Notes: a model not told the origin generated them from the letters alone. A DNA stretch of 64,000 nucleotides from Parasitella parasitica NRRL 2501 (GCA_025201805.1 MU619257.1:74615-138614), one strand, 5' to 3'; counted from the first letter of the stretch, positions 1 to 12,393 are shown. A program made the numbers and translations.

Positions 1-575
1 TAGGAAAATTTGATCTTGGACAATACATTTGTCAATTGAGTGGATGCGTCTAGGTTAACCGCACTGTGTTTGACAGGTGGTGAGTCGCTATTTTGAGTCG
101 CGACATTAGACGGTCCATGTATAGGGCTTTGCATTGATTGAGCACTGTAGGTGTCGTCCTGCCAATAGTTGTTTGATGGAGGCGAGATGTGATCGTCCAG
201 GCTTGATGGCTTGAGATAGTCGGCATTTATATTCGAGTAAGGAATGTCAATAGGTATTGCAGATGGGGTACCAGGAAACAGATAGTCCATGGATGTCGGT
301 GACGATAGAATAGATGATTGGTATGGATAATACCGACTTGAGTCAAGTTGTGAACAAAAAGATTTTGGCCAATCTTGTTGCAGTTCCTGAGCCTGTTTTA
401 GTTGTTGCTGCTGCTGCTGCTGCTGCTGCTGTTGTTGTTGTTGTTGCTCTTGTTGTTGCTCAATGCCATAGATTCCAATTGAAGATGTCTGCATGTACCA
501 GTCAACCTGATCTTGCAGAGAAATCCCATTTGCTCTAATCCGCTTTGATGATCGTTCTACAGTATCAAAGGGCAT
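1..575 (-). CDS. 5' part of a polyQ, Ser/Pro-rich protein (possible transcription regulator); runs off the window
   Basis: ATG at 575, open to position 1: MPFDTVERSSKRIRANG...EQQQEQQQQQ...SSPTSMDYLFPGTPS...VLSKIKFS. No domain visible in the window. Confidence 0.7.
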   Translation of the reverse strand, partial: MPFDTVERSSKRIRANGISLQDQVDWYMQTSSIGIYGIEQQQEQQQQQQQQQQQQQQQLKQAQELQQDWPKSFCSQLDSSRYYPYQSSILSSPTSMDYLFPGTPSAIPIDIPYSNINADYLKPSSLDDHISPPSNNYWQDDTYSAQSMQSPIHGPSNVATQNSDSPPVKHSAVNLDASTQLTNVLSKIKFS

Positions 576-2296
576 TTTGCTCTGGTTTGTATAAAAAGTA
601 GAAAACAAAGAGAAGAGAAGAACAGCGGTGGGAAAATACAAAGATATTGAAAACTTGTTACACGAGTAACCTCTTCTGACTCAAGTATCCGTGATTGGAC
701 ACACAATTTATAAGGAAAAGTATTGCAAGCAAGCTATAATTGAGGTCTGTATGTATAAGACCATCTGGATTACGATTTCTCTCTCCTACTGTCTGTCTGC
801 TTGAAAAACGGCCATAAACATAGTGTCGACATACTGGTTGCAAAAATATTGTCTGTTTTCCGACTTTTCCGAATGCCACTCTTATCAAATTACTCCTCCG
901 CCTGATGATTAGCATTTGCTTTGTACAAGTAAAGAATACACCCTTATCTTTGTCTGTAAAGGGCCCTAAGCTTATCGAGAGCAAATGAGTAGTGTTCCGT
1001 GAACCAATATATTGCTTATTTATCAGTACAAATTTAAACCATATTTCGGTATTCGTTGCCAAGATTTCCTGCCTTTTGCATTTACCTCCAGAGAAAAGGC
1101 TGATGACATTCAGATGTACAATGTCACAATAATGCAAACCAAGTATTGGTGGTACATTTGATTCGTGCTCCAGTGCCCATATTGAGTCGTTTGAACAATT
1201 TTAAATTGGATCTAGGGTAATTTACACTCTGATCAGCCGAGATACTGACTCCATTCATCAATTATATCTCTATTTGTATTATGTATCTTTTTGCAGTAAG
1301 CTTACATAAAAAAAAATGTGAGCTCATGTGAGTGATTTGTTACTGTTGCACCAAGAAAATTATTTTGATGATAATATAAATTCGCCAATTACATCGAAAA
1401 GTGTAGGATCGCCGAGAAACTTGGCTCATATGTCCCACCACCACGCAAAGAACACTTGCAACGATTTGACAAAAAGCCATCCATATGCGTGTTAGATATC
1501 CTTTGATTAATTTCGATCATTGCCCATAAAAAGCAAGGTATGGCAACGAAATAAAAGCTACCATGATTAAGCATTTGAGCAAATGCTAAAAAAAAAAACG
1601 TATATTAAAAGCCTTTATAGATGCTGGAAGCCGCTTACCAAGTTCAGTTTGTTATAACTTGAAATTTTTAACCGGAACACGCCACAATCCTCCGTCAGAT
1701 TTTATCAGATAACATCTTTTTTTTTTAATTTTAATGAAATTATAGCTAGCTCAATTGGTAGTAAACCGTATTGATGTTTGCAATAAAATGTCAATGCAAG
1801 GTTTGTGAAACCTCAAATCTATACAATTCAACGTCAAGACCGTTGGGCTTGACGAATGTCTGAAGCGTTGTACACACAACTACAGCAATTGCAAATAAAG
1901 TACACATTTCATCATGTTTCGGTGGAAAACAGAGACTAATGCTTTACCGTATATATTGTGAAAGGGTTTTTGATAACTCCGAGACACACGCTATTATCGT
2001 CTACAACGCCCCTTCCGATGATTTTTTCTCGAGTAAACTCTATAGCATAATAGCACGACTCAATGTCTTCCTTGGTGATTCTTTCAACCAAAAGTCTCAA
2101 GAGAGATGTTGCTTAAACAGTAATGGTTGCTTTCACGGGACAAAAGATCCCAATCTCCATGATCAGTGAAAGCATCGCACTTTGCGTCACTTTAATGTGA
2201 CACGTGTCTTATAAAATGCAATAGCCATGAGCGACTTCTCGCCTTACTCTTCTTTTCCCTTACTCTTTTCTTTTCCATTTTAACTATACAACAACA

Positions 2297-3948
2297 ATGG
2301 CCGGTGGCGGTGAAAATCCTAGTACCAAGCAAACCCCCAAAAACAAGGCTTGTCTCATCTGTATTGACGGCTGGGGTATCTCTCCCAATGCCGATCATCT
2401 CGGCGATGCAATCTACAATGCTGAAACTCCTGTCATGGATAAGCTCGAGAAGGAAGATCCTTTCGTTCCCATTGCTGCTCATGGTCTTGCTGTCGGTCTT
2501 CCCGACGGTTTGATGGGTAACTCTGAAGTCGGCCATCTTAATATTGGCGCTGGTCGTGTCGTCTATCAGGTATGTAGTCAACCATTCATCTCATGTTGCT
2601 TCCATGCGGTGACGGTTGTTTCATTCAAATCAATAGATTAAACTGATAGTGTATTACATAGGATATCGTCCGTATCGATCTTGCCATGAAGAACAAGGAG
2701 TTTGGCCAGATTGAAAACATCAAGGGTGCCTTTGATCGCGCCATCAAGGGTAATGGCCGTCTCCATTTTATGGGTCTTGTATCTGATGGTGGTGTTCATG
2801 GTCACATTGACCATCTCGTCTCCCTCTTGGCCGCTGCTAAGGCTGCTGGTGTCCCCGAATCCTATGTCCATTTCTTTGGTGATGGTCGTGATACTGCTCC
2901 CAAGTCTGCCTCCAAGTATATGCAGCAGCTTGTTGACGCTATCAAGGAGCTCGGTTACGGTAAGATTGCTGATATTAACGGTCGCTACTATGCTATGGAT
3001 CGTGATAAGCGTTGGGAGCGTGTTCAAGTTGCATTTGATGGTATGACCCAAGCAAAGGGCGAAAAGGTCTCTGACCCTGTCAAGGCCATCGAGGATCGCT
3101 ATGCCGCAGGCGAGACTGATGAGTTCTTGAAGCCCATCATTGTTGATGAAGCTGGTCAAATCAAGAATGGCGATACCATCTTCTGCTTCAATTTCCGTTC
3201 TGACCGTATGCGTGAAATTTCTCAAGCTCTCGGCATCGCTCCCTGTCCTTTCGACTCTCCTGTCCCCAAGGATCTTGAGCTCTTTACTATGACTCAATAC
3301 AAGGGTGATTTCCCCTTCAAGGTTGCTTTCCCTGCTCAATCCATGGATAATGTCCTTGCTGAATGGTTGGCCAAGAATGATGTCCCCCAAATGCACATTG
3401 CCGAGACTGAAAAGTATGCTCACGTTACTTTCTTCTTTAACGGTGGTTCAGAAGCTCAATTCCCTCTCGAAGAACGTGGTTTGGTCCCCTCCCCCAAGGT
3501 TGCCACTTACGATCTTCAGCCTGAAATGAACGCTGCGGGCGTTGCTGAAAAAGTTGCTGAAGCTCTTGACTCCAACAAGTATCCTTTCGTTATGTGCAAC
3601 TTTGCTCCCCCTGATATGGTTGGCCATACTGGTGTTTATGAAGCCGCTGTTAAGGCTGTTGGTGCCACTGACGCAGCCATTGGTGTTGTCCTCGAAGCCT
3701 GTAAAAAGAACGGTTATGCTCTCTTTGTCACTGCTGATCACGGCAACGCCGAAAAGATGATTGCTGACGATGGTAAGAGCCCTTTCACTGCCCACACTTG
3801 CGCCAAGGTTCCTTTGGTCATGGCTGATGGTGAAGCCAAGTTTAAGTCTGCTGCGGAAGGTGCTCTCTGTGATGTTGCTCCCACAATTCTTGCCTATATG
3901 GGCCTTGACATCCCCAAGGAGATGACTGGAAAGTCCTTGTTGGCTTAA
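2297..3948 (+). CDS. gpmI: 2,3-bisphosphoglycerate-independent phosphoglycerate mutase (iPGM)
   Basis: Motifs [13 protein letters not shown] (phospho-Ser), [40 protein letters not shown]. One GT-AG intron 2570-2661. Confidence 0.97.
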
Positions 3949-4576
3949 GTTTAACAATAACTTGGTCGGTACATATAGTCGTTCTTGGCTTTCATATATT
4001 TTTAGATATACACAGCATTTTTCATTGTAAAACATAAATAAAAACCATCTGTTTGCATGCAAAGAAAAGGGGTTTACCTGAGCAAGTGTTTCTTGCACCA
4101 TTGCATCTGTGTCTGTAGATCAAGTTGGAAAATATACTTGCTGCTAACAGCTCTAAAAAAAAAGAAAAAAAAGCACGCCGTCTTTGCTAGTGAAAGGATC
4201 GAATACTTTAAACAATGCGCTCTTAAAGTGGCACGATATATGCAATTTATGGTGTAACAAGGACACCCAGTGCAGATCCTCAAGAAAACAAGTGTTTATG
4301 TGTATATATCTGGCTGCGACGTTAATTTCAATACAAAAAGTAAAGGAAATAACAAATAAAATAGCGACGCTAATCTTCCCTGGATACATGTATGAAATCC
4401 TCTAAGCGTAGCTTCTCAGGAAGAGCTCTGTCGGCTAAAGCCCAACAAACTCAATCTCGGTAAATCAAAAAACACGAGATGTTATCGGTAAATCCTACCA
4501 AATCAAATGGGCTTAAAAGAGGGGAGGAAGCAGGAGAGTGTGAGAGAGAGGCTTGTGGCCTTTTTTTTTTCCTCTT

Positions 4577-4608
<32 letters not shown>

Positions 4609-4640
4609 GCCCTTCAGTCTTTTTAATAAAACTGTAACGA

Positions 4641-5958
4641 ATGCCTTCTATACTGACTACACAAATCAACGAGCCACCTCAAAGAAAATTCTTCAACGAC
4701 ATTACATCTACGAAAAACCATACCCGTCATTTCAGCCATGATAGATACGACAAAATACCTTTAGATACACATAGACACACCACCAAAGCGTTTCCTTTAA
4801 AACACCATGTATCTCTGTCAGACAATTCCAAGTTTCTACTATGCTGCTTCATGTGGTATCTGTCCTCTTCTTTATCGAGTAATACAGCCAAGCAAATCAT
4901 GAACACATTCAAGTATCCAGTAACGCTGACTTTTGTGCAATTCCTGATGGTTGCTTGCTGGTGTGCGCTGATGGAGAGAATCTTCAAATCATCGGGCATC
5001 AAGACACCCACCAAAGCGATTGTGCAAACGATTGCTCCGTTGTCGTCATTTATGATTGTGGGGCATGTGTTTTCGAGTATCAGCATCAGCCGAATCCCAG
5101 TTAGTTTAGTGCATACAATCAAGGTAAGAAGATAACGAAAAGGAAAAGGAAAAGGAAAAGGGGAGGGTTGCCATGGCTAAAATCAAGCAACGATAGGCAT
5201 TGGCGCCGCTGTTTACAGTGCTATTTTATCGGTTCATATTCAACGTGCATTATTCGTCCCAAGTGTACACAGCGCTTATTCCATTGACGATGGGTGTCAT
5301 CTTGGCTTGCTCATTCACCTTTTCCAACAATCTGATAGGGCTGGGCTGCGCCTTCTGCTCGTGTCTCGTTTTTGTCATGCAAAATATATTCAACAAAAAG
5401 CTGCTCTTCAAGGAATCCAAGATGGGAGAGCACAATCCCAACAAACTGGACAAAATGAACATGATGTTCTACTCTGCGTTCATTGCGTTTCTCTTGATGA
5501 TTCCCATGTGGTTTTATTACGACGGATACCAGTTTTTGATTTACAGCGATAGTGTGCAGCGGGATGTGAGCAAGGCCCGCTTACTGGCCTACTTTTTACT
5601 GAATGGCACAACACATTTTGCACAGAGCTGGTTTGCTTTCACGACACTAGGCATGTCCTCGCCTGTTACTTATTCAATTGCGTCTTTGGTGAAGCGTATT
5701 TTTGTGATTGTGATGAGCATAATCTGGTTTGGACAGCAAGTCAGCTTCAGCCAAATGCTGGGTATTGCATTGACATTTATTGGGTTATGGATGTACCAAA
5801 AGGCCAAACGAGAAATCGATCAGGGCGAGACCAAAGCCAATGAAAATTCAGTTCAGGTTCTACCAACAACCAACATTGAATTGAATGAGAATCCCACAAA
5901 TAACATCAAGAAATGGATCGATAACCAATTGAATGCAAATAATGAAAAAATACTGTAA
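4641..5958 (+). CDS. Triose-phosphate/nucleotide-sugar transporter family (SLC35E1/Sly41-like)
   Basis: YPVTLTFVQF, VSLVHTIK|ALAPLFTV, SPVTYSIASLVKRIFVI; multiple TM helices. Intron 5124-5196. Confidence 0.9.
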
Positions 5959-6098
5959 TACAATAGACTTTTTTGTAGCTCATAAACGAGTTTTTCTACT
6001 AATTGATCCTTTTATAAAAAGGAGCGTCCCTTTCTTTTTTTCTTTTTTCGTTTTTCTTTCGCTTTTTTTTTCTTTTTTCTTTTTTCAAGAACCCAGTA

Positions 6099-7150
6099 AT
6101 GTCTGCAAATTCACCTATAGTTCAGGTGCCTGAACCTGAGGAGACGTACAACAGCCAGGATCTCATTTATTCAGCACAGCAGCAACAGCAGCAGCAGCAG
6201 CCACAGCAGCATCCATCCGATCAAGTGGATGAATCTGACAATCATGATGCTATACCTCAGAGACTAAAATTAGACCTCAGAGGGACCCGTATGGAACTCC
6301 ACAGAGACACACTAATCAATTTGCCCGAGAGTCTTTTAATTGCCATGTTTCCAAACGGCTTGGTACTAGCGCGGCCTGCCGAGGAATACGAAGACGATGA
6401 TGAGGACGAGGAAAATTATGATGGGCTCTCACGCCATTCGGTTGGAGTCGATGAACAAGTGAATCTGGTTGATTTTGACCCTGCCTGCTTGGAGTATGTC
6501 CTCAAGTTTTATACACACGCGGCTCAAGTTCGGGATCAAAATCAACAAGATGCCGATCTCCAGAGACTATTGACTGCATCAGCAGCATCTTCACCAGTCT
6601 ATTATACGCTCCTCACAAAGCAGCCCATCATTGTATTGCGTGAGGAATTGGAATACTTTTGTTTGCCAACCAAAAAGAATCAGGATGCCAAGCATCTTAA
6701 ACTGGAATCAGGAAAGCACCTCCAAGAACATGACCACATATTCGATGCGCTTCAAAAGAATATTTCCAGAGAGAACAATGTTGCGGAGCAGCACTTGATC
6801 GACATGCTGTGCGATGCAGGTTTTCAAAGAGATGATCGATGGGGATACCGTGAAATTGAGCCGTCAAAAACGACTATTGTGAGCATGGCTCTTGTATTGC
6901 TAAAGACAGTTGGGCCCAACAACCATATGGCCACCGCACAAAAGCTGTTTTTGTTTTGGAGAAAACCAGCGGTAAGTTTTGGCTATAGTGCTTTTATTAA
7001 TTGATTTGACCTTTTTTTTTTTTTTTGTTTTTGTTTTTCCATGGTAAATAGCGCAAATGTTGGTGGGATGGGAATACAGTCGAATTAGAAGACCAAACAA
7101 TACGTTTATGGGCAAGGAGAACCTGGACGTTAGAATTAGCTTTGGTCTGA
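6099..7150 (+). CDS. WHI2: Whi2-like BTB-domain protein
   Basis: LDLRG...LPESLLIAMFPNG, DFDPACLEYVL, VLREELEYF, EQHLIDML. Intron 6972-7051 joins KLFLFWRKPA|RKCWWD...WARRTWTLEL. Confidence 0.9.
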
Positions 7151-7399
7151 GGAAAATTGCTACTTGTATACCAAGAAATGATAACTTATGTAAAATGTAT
7201 CTCAACAACACATCATATAGTACAACATTAAATGTAATAATGTATCTCGCACAACAAACAACACACAAACACAAACGCATTACACACAGACAATTAAACA
7301 CAATGTGCCCCTACTATTCTATCGTCCCTACTTCCCCCTTTATTCGATTTGTGCGCTGTTTTCACCACACAAGTTGGGATGCGAGAGACTCTTTATCGC

Positions 7400-8000
7400 T
7401 CTAGAGATTTCTCTTGTGAGCAATCATCGACTTTTTGTGTAGACATACTACCGCATACGTTTTACAGAACGCTTTGTTGATCACTGATACGTGTTTGCTT
7501 ACTTCTCCCAAGAGTATCTCTCCCTCTTTTCAATCTGCTCTTGCCAATAGCTCAAAATTACTGGATGTGATTAACTCCAGTAAGTAGGGAGGCAGATAGG
7601 CACATGTATATATATCTATCTTTGATATTTTCATCTGTGTGGAATGAAGGCGATGCCCGTAACTATGTAGTGGTTCATGATGTTCATCGTGTCGCCCAGG
7701 AAACCAACAAAAGTGAAAATGTTGTAAAACCCGCACAAATTTTGTGGCATTGCTGATTGTCTGTTGCTATGTATGTATGTATGTATGTATGTATGTATGT
7801 ATGTATATATACTTCCCCTGAAATCGAGGATGTTGAAAAAAGTTCCTGTGGGCGCCAGCGGTATCCTTGACTTATTTGTACTCTCTCTCTCTTTCAGGAA
7901 CGCTGTACTGACGCATGAAATTCATAGCAAAACCCTATTCTTAGCTGCTAAGAACCTGCCTAGATCATCTCTGTCTACAAGATGTCAATGGTGCTCTCTG
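7400..8000 (-). pseudogene. Highly decayed IS630/Tc1-like (DDE_3) transposase relic
   Basis: Minus-strand fragments across frameshifts: FVGFLGDTMNIMN-HYIV.., HTDENIK, CAYLPPYLLEL, HIQ*F*AIGKSRLKR..TRISD. They follow the order YLVMDNAPIH...YLPPYSPELNPIEQFW...VKR...RISEAC. Boundaries approximate. Confidence 0.55.
7768..7806. repeat. (TATG)n microsatellite
   Basis: Direct reading. Confidence 0.9.
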
Positions 8001-8789
8001 TTACGTTAATTTATATTCTTCTGGAGAGGGTTTTCCTAGTTTTATGTATGATTGCCATTGCTATTTTGTTTGCTTGCGCAAAGACAATCGAATGCAATGC
8101 ATCCATTGATACAACGCTATCAAAGGAATCCAGGACTGAAAGGGTCTTGAGACGATTATTATAACAGGCTATTTCAGTTTTAGAGAACGAGAAACGACTG
8201 TTAGAGCAACTACGATCTTTAATTGCGAGTTTATCTAGACAATAATTGCCATATCATATGTATTGAATCGTTTATACACACACAAAGGAATTGGCACATA
8301 TTGCATAATAACAGCTAAATTATCCGTTCCAACTCACTACATTAGGGGCATAGAGAATATATTTTGTAAAAATAAAAAAAAACAAAATAGCTTTGCATTA
8401 GCCAGACCACAAATATATTCAAGGCTCTTGTCAACTTTAGTGGTCTTCAACAATACTTTTGTTGAATATCAGTGACCGTTTCATTTTTTAATATACAGTT
8501 TCTAAATAAAAGTTTCAAGTAAATGATAAAGGTCATGGTGATTGTGATGATATATATTAGGATTTCTGATAACAAACCTTTTATTTTAGATAAAAGCTGA
8601 GAAGTTTCTGAGAGAAGAGAAATGTCTCCCTAAAAAGATTTCAAGTGCGGATTTCCACACTTGGAGAAAAAGAGTAATTGCTTTAATTTGTTTCATTCGT
8701 AGTGAAAATATTAAGATGATGTGTTGTGAAATAAGCTATCTACATCATATCTTCAAGTTGAAGGTAATCTTAAAAAAAACTTACGGTTG

Positions 8790-8990
8790 TCTATTGACAA
8801 ACGTCTGTGATTCTGGGTGTACGTGTGTCTGTTGACTGGATCAAAAACCTTTCAATGGATTCAGGAACGGGGAGTAAGGTTGAAGATAAACACACTTATG
8901 TCGTTGGGACTTTATAAATTTCTATACAGAAGAGTTTTTATGAATGGGTGTGTTCTCCTGATGGCAGATTGTTTCATTTCCTCTGGCATT
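8790..8990 (-). pseudogene. Second decayed IS630/Tc1-like transposase fragment
   Basis: Minus strand reads ENTPIHKNSSV*KFIKSQRHKCVYLQPYSPFLNPLKGF*S...TPRITDVCQ, matching DNAPIH...YLPPYSPFLNPIEEFWS...TPRIAEAC. Confidence 0.7.
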
Positions 8991-10396
8991 TTCTTATACC
9001 TTTAGTTGATCTGGCGTCGTCTAGTGTAGAAGGCCTTGTCAGACAAATACCAAGCTGGGCTCTCTATATCTAGTTACACAGTAGAACAGCTAGTTAAACC
9101 TGTGACATCTTTTCCACAATATTGGAATGGTTCAAAAAAGTGTGTGTCTTTGCAAAGCCAAGTGCGAAGATTTTAGACGCCTGTTTTTTTTTTTTGATTT
9201 ACGTGAACTTCAGTGTGTTATTGTCAGAAAAAAGACAAAAGCTGTAAGAAAACAATTTTTAGCGATCTTAAACACAAAAAAAAGTAACAAAAAGTAATGT
9301 ATTAGACTATAAGACACCTTTTGATTATATACTTGCATAGTTTAGAGCAAGTTTATGTACTTTTTAGGTTGACATCAGACGAAAGTGGCCTTTTTTTAGA
9401 AAAAGTATTTTTCAAAATCGGAGCGTGAGATTTTCAGGCCAAGTACACACATGCAAGTGCTATCATTAGAAAGCCAAGAAGCACACTATTTTAATAAACT
9501 AGTTTTCAATTGTTTTTTTTTCTATGAATTGGGTAAGCTACGGCTTCTCAAAGCTAATGCTTTCTTCAAAAAAGCACCATTTTTCTTCGATAGCGGAGAT
9601 TAAACGCGTCCAAAATCAGGAAGGAAAGACTCTTTCAGAAACTCCATTTGGACATTAAGAAATCAAAATTACTCCTTTGGGGCAAGATATCATCCTCTGA
9701 TACTATGCATAACACGGCTGTCAGTTTATGATAATAGCTGTATTTTTGGGCACACTACACGATGGTGTTATTTTCATAATCCCCGTATGCCTATGGAAAG
9801 AATTCTGCACAAAAACCTCAAAAACAGATTAAGAGGGAAAAGTCAATGTTTTGCTTAATCAGAGCGCATTTCCAGTCTTTCAGATCAAGGGGTGGTCTTT
9901 TACGATCATTTTCCTCTAATATATGATATAGTAAAAAGTTGCATTTTTGAGGTCAAAATCGAGGATAACGTATAATCAATGATTTTGGATGCGTGGATAC
10001 AAGCAAAAAATCGAAAAAATCCGTGATTTTGTATCGAAAAAAAAATCATGCTCAAATTGCACCAAAATCATATATAATATAGTTTTTTTCCAATGGATAC
10101 TATTTCTGGTGTTTTCGGGGCTCTTTTGATTATCAAAATTAATCAAAAAATGGCACATAAAGCTAAAGTTCTTGCTTTTAAGCTGTAAAAAATATCCATC
10201 TGGAGATGACATAACGTCAATATCAATTCTAGTGCATGTTACAGCTCTATAAAGCAAGTATTTTTTATGCCACTAGCTTCCAACCAAATCGCCTCTGCTT
10301 CGTTGCGGATCTTAGTCCAGGCCGACATCTGTAACTTGATGTACTTGCTAATTGATGCGTTTGTTACTAGATGTAAAAAAGAGGCGTTTGTGAATA

Positions 10397-11445
10397 CAGT
10401 GCCTTCGCTTTTGGCAACCTCAATTTGTGTTTACGATTAGCATGAAAAGGAAAAAAAATCGATATGGTATATAAGAGAGACTCCATTCGTGGACATTTTT
10501 CGAACATGTTTGCAGAATGTTGATAGATGTTTCTGAGTGTAGGCAGTCTTATTTCATTTGATGCCTCAGCTATTCTCATTTTTCAAACCATCAGTGTCGT
10601 TGGACTTGGTTCTCTTGACATGACTCTTCATTGTGGGCCAAAAATTCTCGATCGGATCAAGTTCAGGGGAGTACGGCGAAAGATAGATACTTCGATACCC
10701 TCTGTTTGAAATCATTTCTTCGATTTCATCAGCCATACGGATTGGCGCATTATCCATAACGATATAAAATCTTTTTATTTCGGGAAATTGGCCCATCAAG
10801 TTCATTGTATTCTGCAGGAAGAGTATGTATTGGCCAGTGATAGTACCTCTAGGCGTAGGTTTCTTGGGCGGTGACTGTTTTCTTCTACGAGATCCATCGA
10901 CTTTTGAGTTGGGCAATCTGATCTCAATGTTGACAACACCAAAGGCAGAGATTGCTCTTGGAGTGGTGTGAGGTACTGCACGAGCAGATGAAGTAGTAAT
11001 AACGGCCAGAGTGCCCTTGGTTGATCTTGCTGCTGCCAGCCTCATATTGATGTCAAATGCAGATTCATCGAAAATTATATACAATCGTTTATATAATCCA
11101 TGTCTGTTTTGAAACCACTTCTCAATCCACTACTCTCTTTTGATGAGCGTAGCTTCAAAGTTTCTGGTAACAGGATAGCGAGTTACCAACCTCACTGTCA
11201 AGTTGCAATTATTCTCTCTACCCAGCTCTGAGCGGGTCTCGCTTTGATTCCAGCTCTTTCTCCTTGTGGTGCTGCCTTTTGAAATTTGTAGTTGATCAAA
11301 TACAAAAATAAGGCCTTCTGCTCGTCCGTCGCTGCCATATTCATTGTAGACGCCGCCAATTGGCAGGCACAAAAGCGCAAATTTGGGTGCTGCCGAAAGT
11401 GCTAATTGGGATTTTCAAAAGCGCAATTTGGCACCCAAGGCACTG
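10397..11445 (-). mobile_element. Tc1/mariner (IS630-like, DD34E) DNA transposon, defective
   Basis: TA|CAGTGCCTT at 10395-10405 and AAGGCACTG|TA at 11437-11447 give imperfect TIRs and a TA target duplication. Transposase ORF 10566-11084 has FDESAF...MDNAPI-(34 aa)-PYSPELDPIENFW. N- and C-terminal parts are frameshifted. Confidence 0.9.
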
Positions 11446-11682
11446 TATAAATGGTAAATGGAGGATGTCGGTAAACTGCAGGTGATGCAATATAAAAAAA
11501 AAAAAACTAGCAACCAAAGGCCTGCTGTAAACAAGTTACACTAACCATAGTTAAAAGAATCTTTCCATTATTTTGTTTTGTTTTTCTTCTTGTTTACTAC
11601 GTACAGTGCCTGGAATTTTTTTTTTTTATTATTTTTGTCGTTATCCCCACTCTTTTCTTACATTTAGATAACACGAAATACC

Positions 11683-12393
11683 ATGGTTGTTCAATCCCTT
11701 GCAAAACAAAACTACACTCAGTTGGCAGAGGATGCAGTTAACCAGCAGATTCAGATGTATCAACTGTCCCAACAGACCTACGTCGCTGCTTCTGCCTACT
11801 TTGATAATGCCCAAGTCGCATTGCCTGCAAGTATCAATTGCTCAATATCAACAACAGACACCAGCGTTAACCTGCAAAGTTTATACATAGGGCTTCGTCA
11901 AGTATTTCCATGAGCGTGCCGAGCATGAGGGCAAGATGGCTCAACATTTGATAGATTATCAAATTACGCGTGGAGGCATCTGCATTGTCAGTGCTGTTCC
12001 CCAGCCTTTGGTAAGTTGTTAATCCTAGTTTATCTCTGCCTTTCGCTACTAACCCGAGTCGCATGCAAGATCGACTGGAAATCAGCTACCAATGCCATTG
12101 AAACTTGCCTGTCTCTTGAGAAGGATGTCAACAAGGCCTTGCTAAAATTGACCACTTTGGCCATCAACAACACGGATGCCCATTTGCGTCATATCTTGAA
12201 GTAAGGCTAAATGTTTTGGTTGAATAACTAGGCCATTTAACACTTGCATAGGGGCGGACATCTGAAATACAAGGTCGAAACGATTGCCAATGTAGCCAAG
12301 GGATACACTCAAATCAAACGAGTCGGCGGAGAGGGTCTTGGGCTGCATATGTTGGATCAAGACTTGTACAAGCACGAAAAGTTTGTCGTTTGA
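11683..12393 (+). CDS. Ferritin (178 aa) with a degenerate ferroxidase centre
   Basis: Exons 11683-11826, 11891-12010, 12070-12200, 12252-12393. Motifs KQNY...AVNQQI...YFDNAQVALP|GFVKYF...YQITRGG...LEKDVN..L...DAHL...GLGLHMLD. First intron is GC-AG. Confidence 0.9.

Noticed and set aside
658-1137. 159-aa minus-strand ORF
   Set aside because: Starts at TTG, has no motif, and lies in promoter-like AT-rich DNA.
1745-1825. Canonical tRNA (Cys-like TTGCAAT loop)
   Set aside because: No TPsiC/B-box and wrong arm geometry; kept only as a candidate structured RNA.
2192-4101. Long antisense ORFs over iPGM (likewise over GPH1, SIN3, RSE1)
   Set aside because: Shadow frames arising from codon bias of the sense genes.
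7640-7770. Plus-strand ...WHC-TGA as a selenoprotein CU motif
   Set aside because: The region is better explained as a minus-strand transposase relic; no selenoprotein family or SECIS is recognisable.
11595-11620. CAGTGC in the ferritin 5' leader as an iron-responsive element (IRE)
   Set aside because: The flanks (ACGTA / CTGGA) cannot form the 5-bp upper stem. TACAGTGCCT matches the neighbouring Tc1 TIR end equally well.
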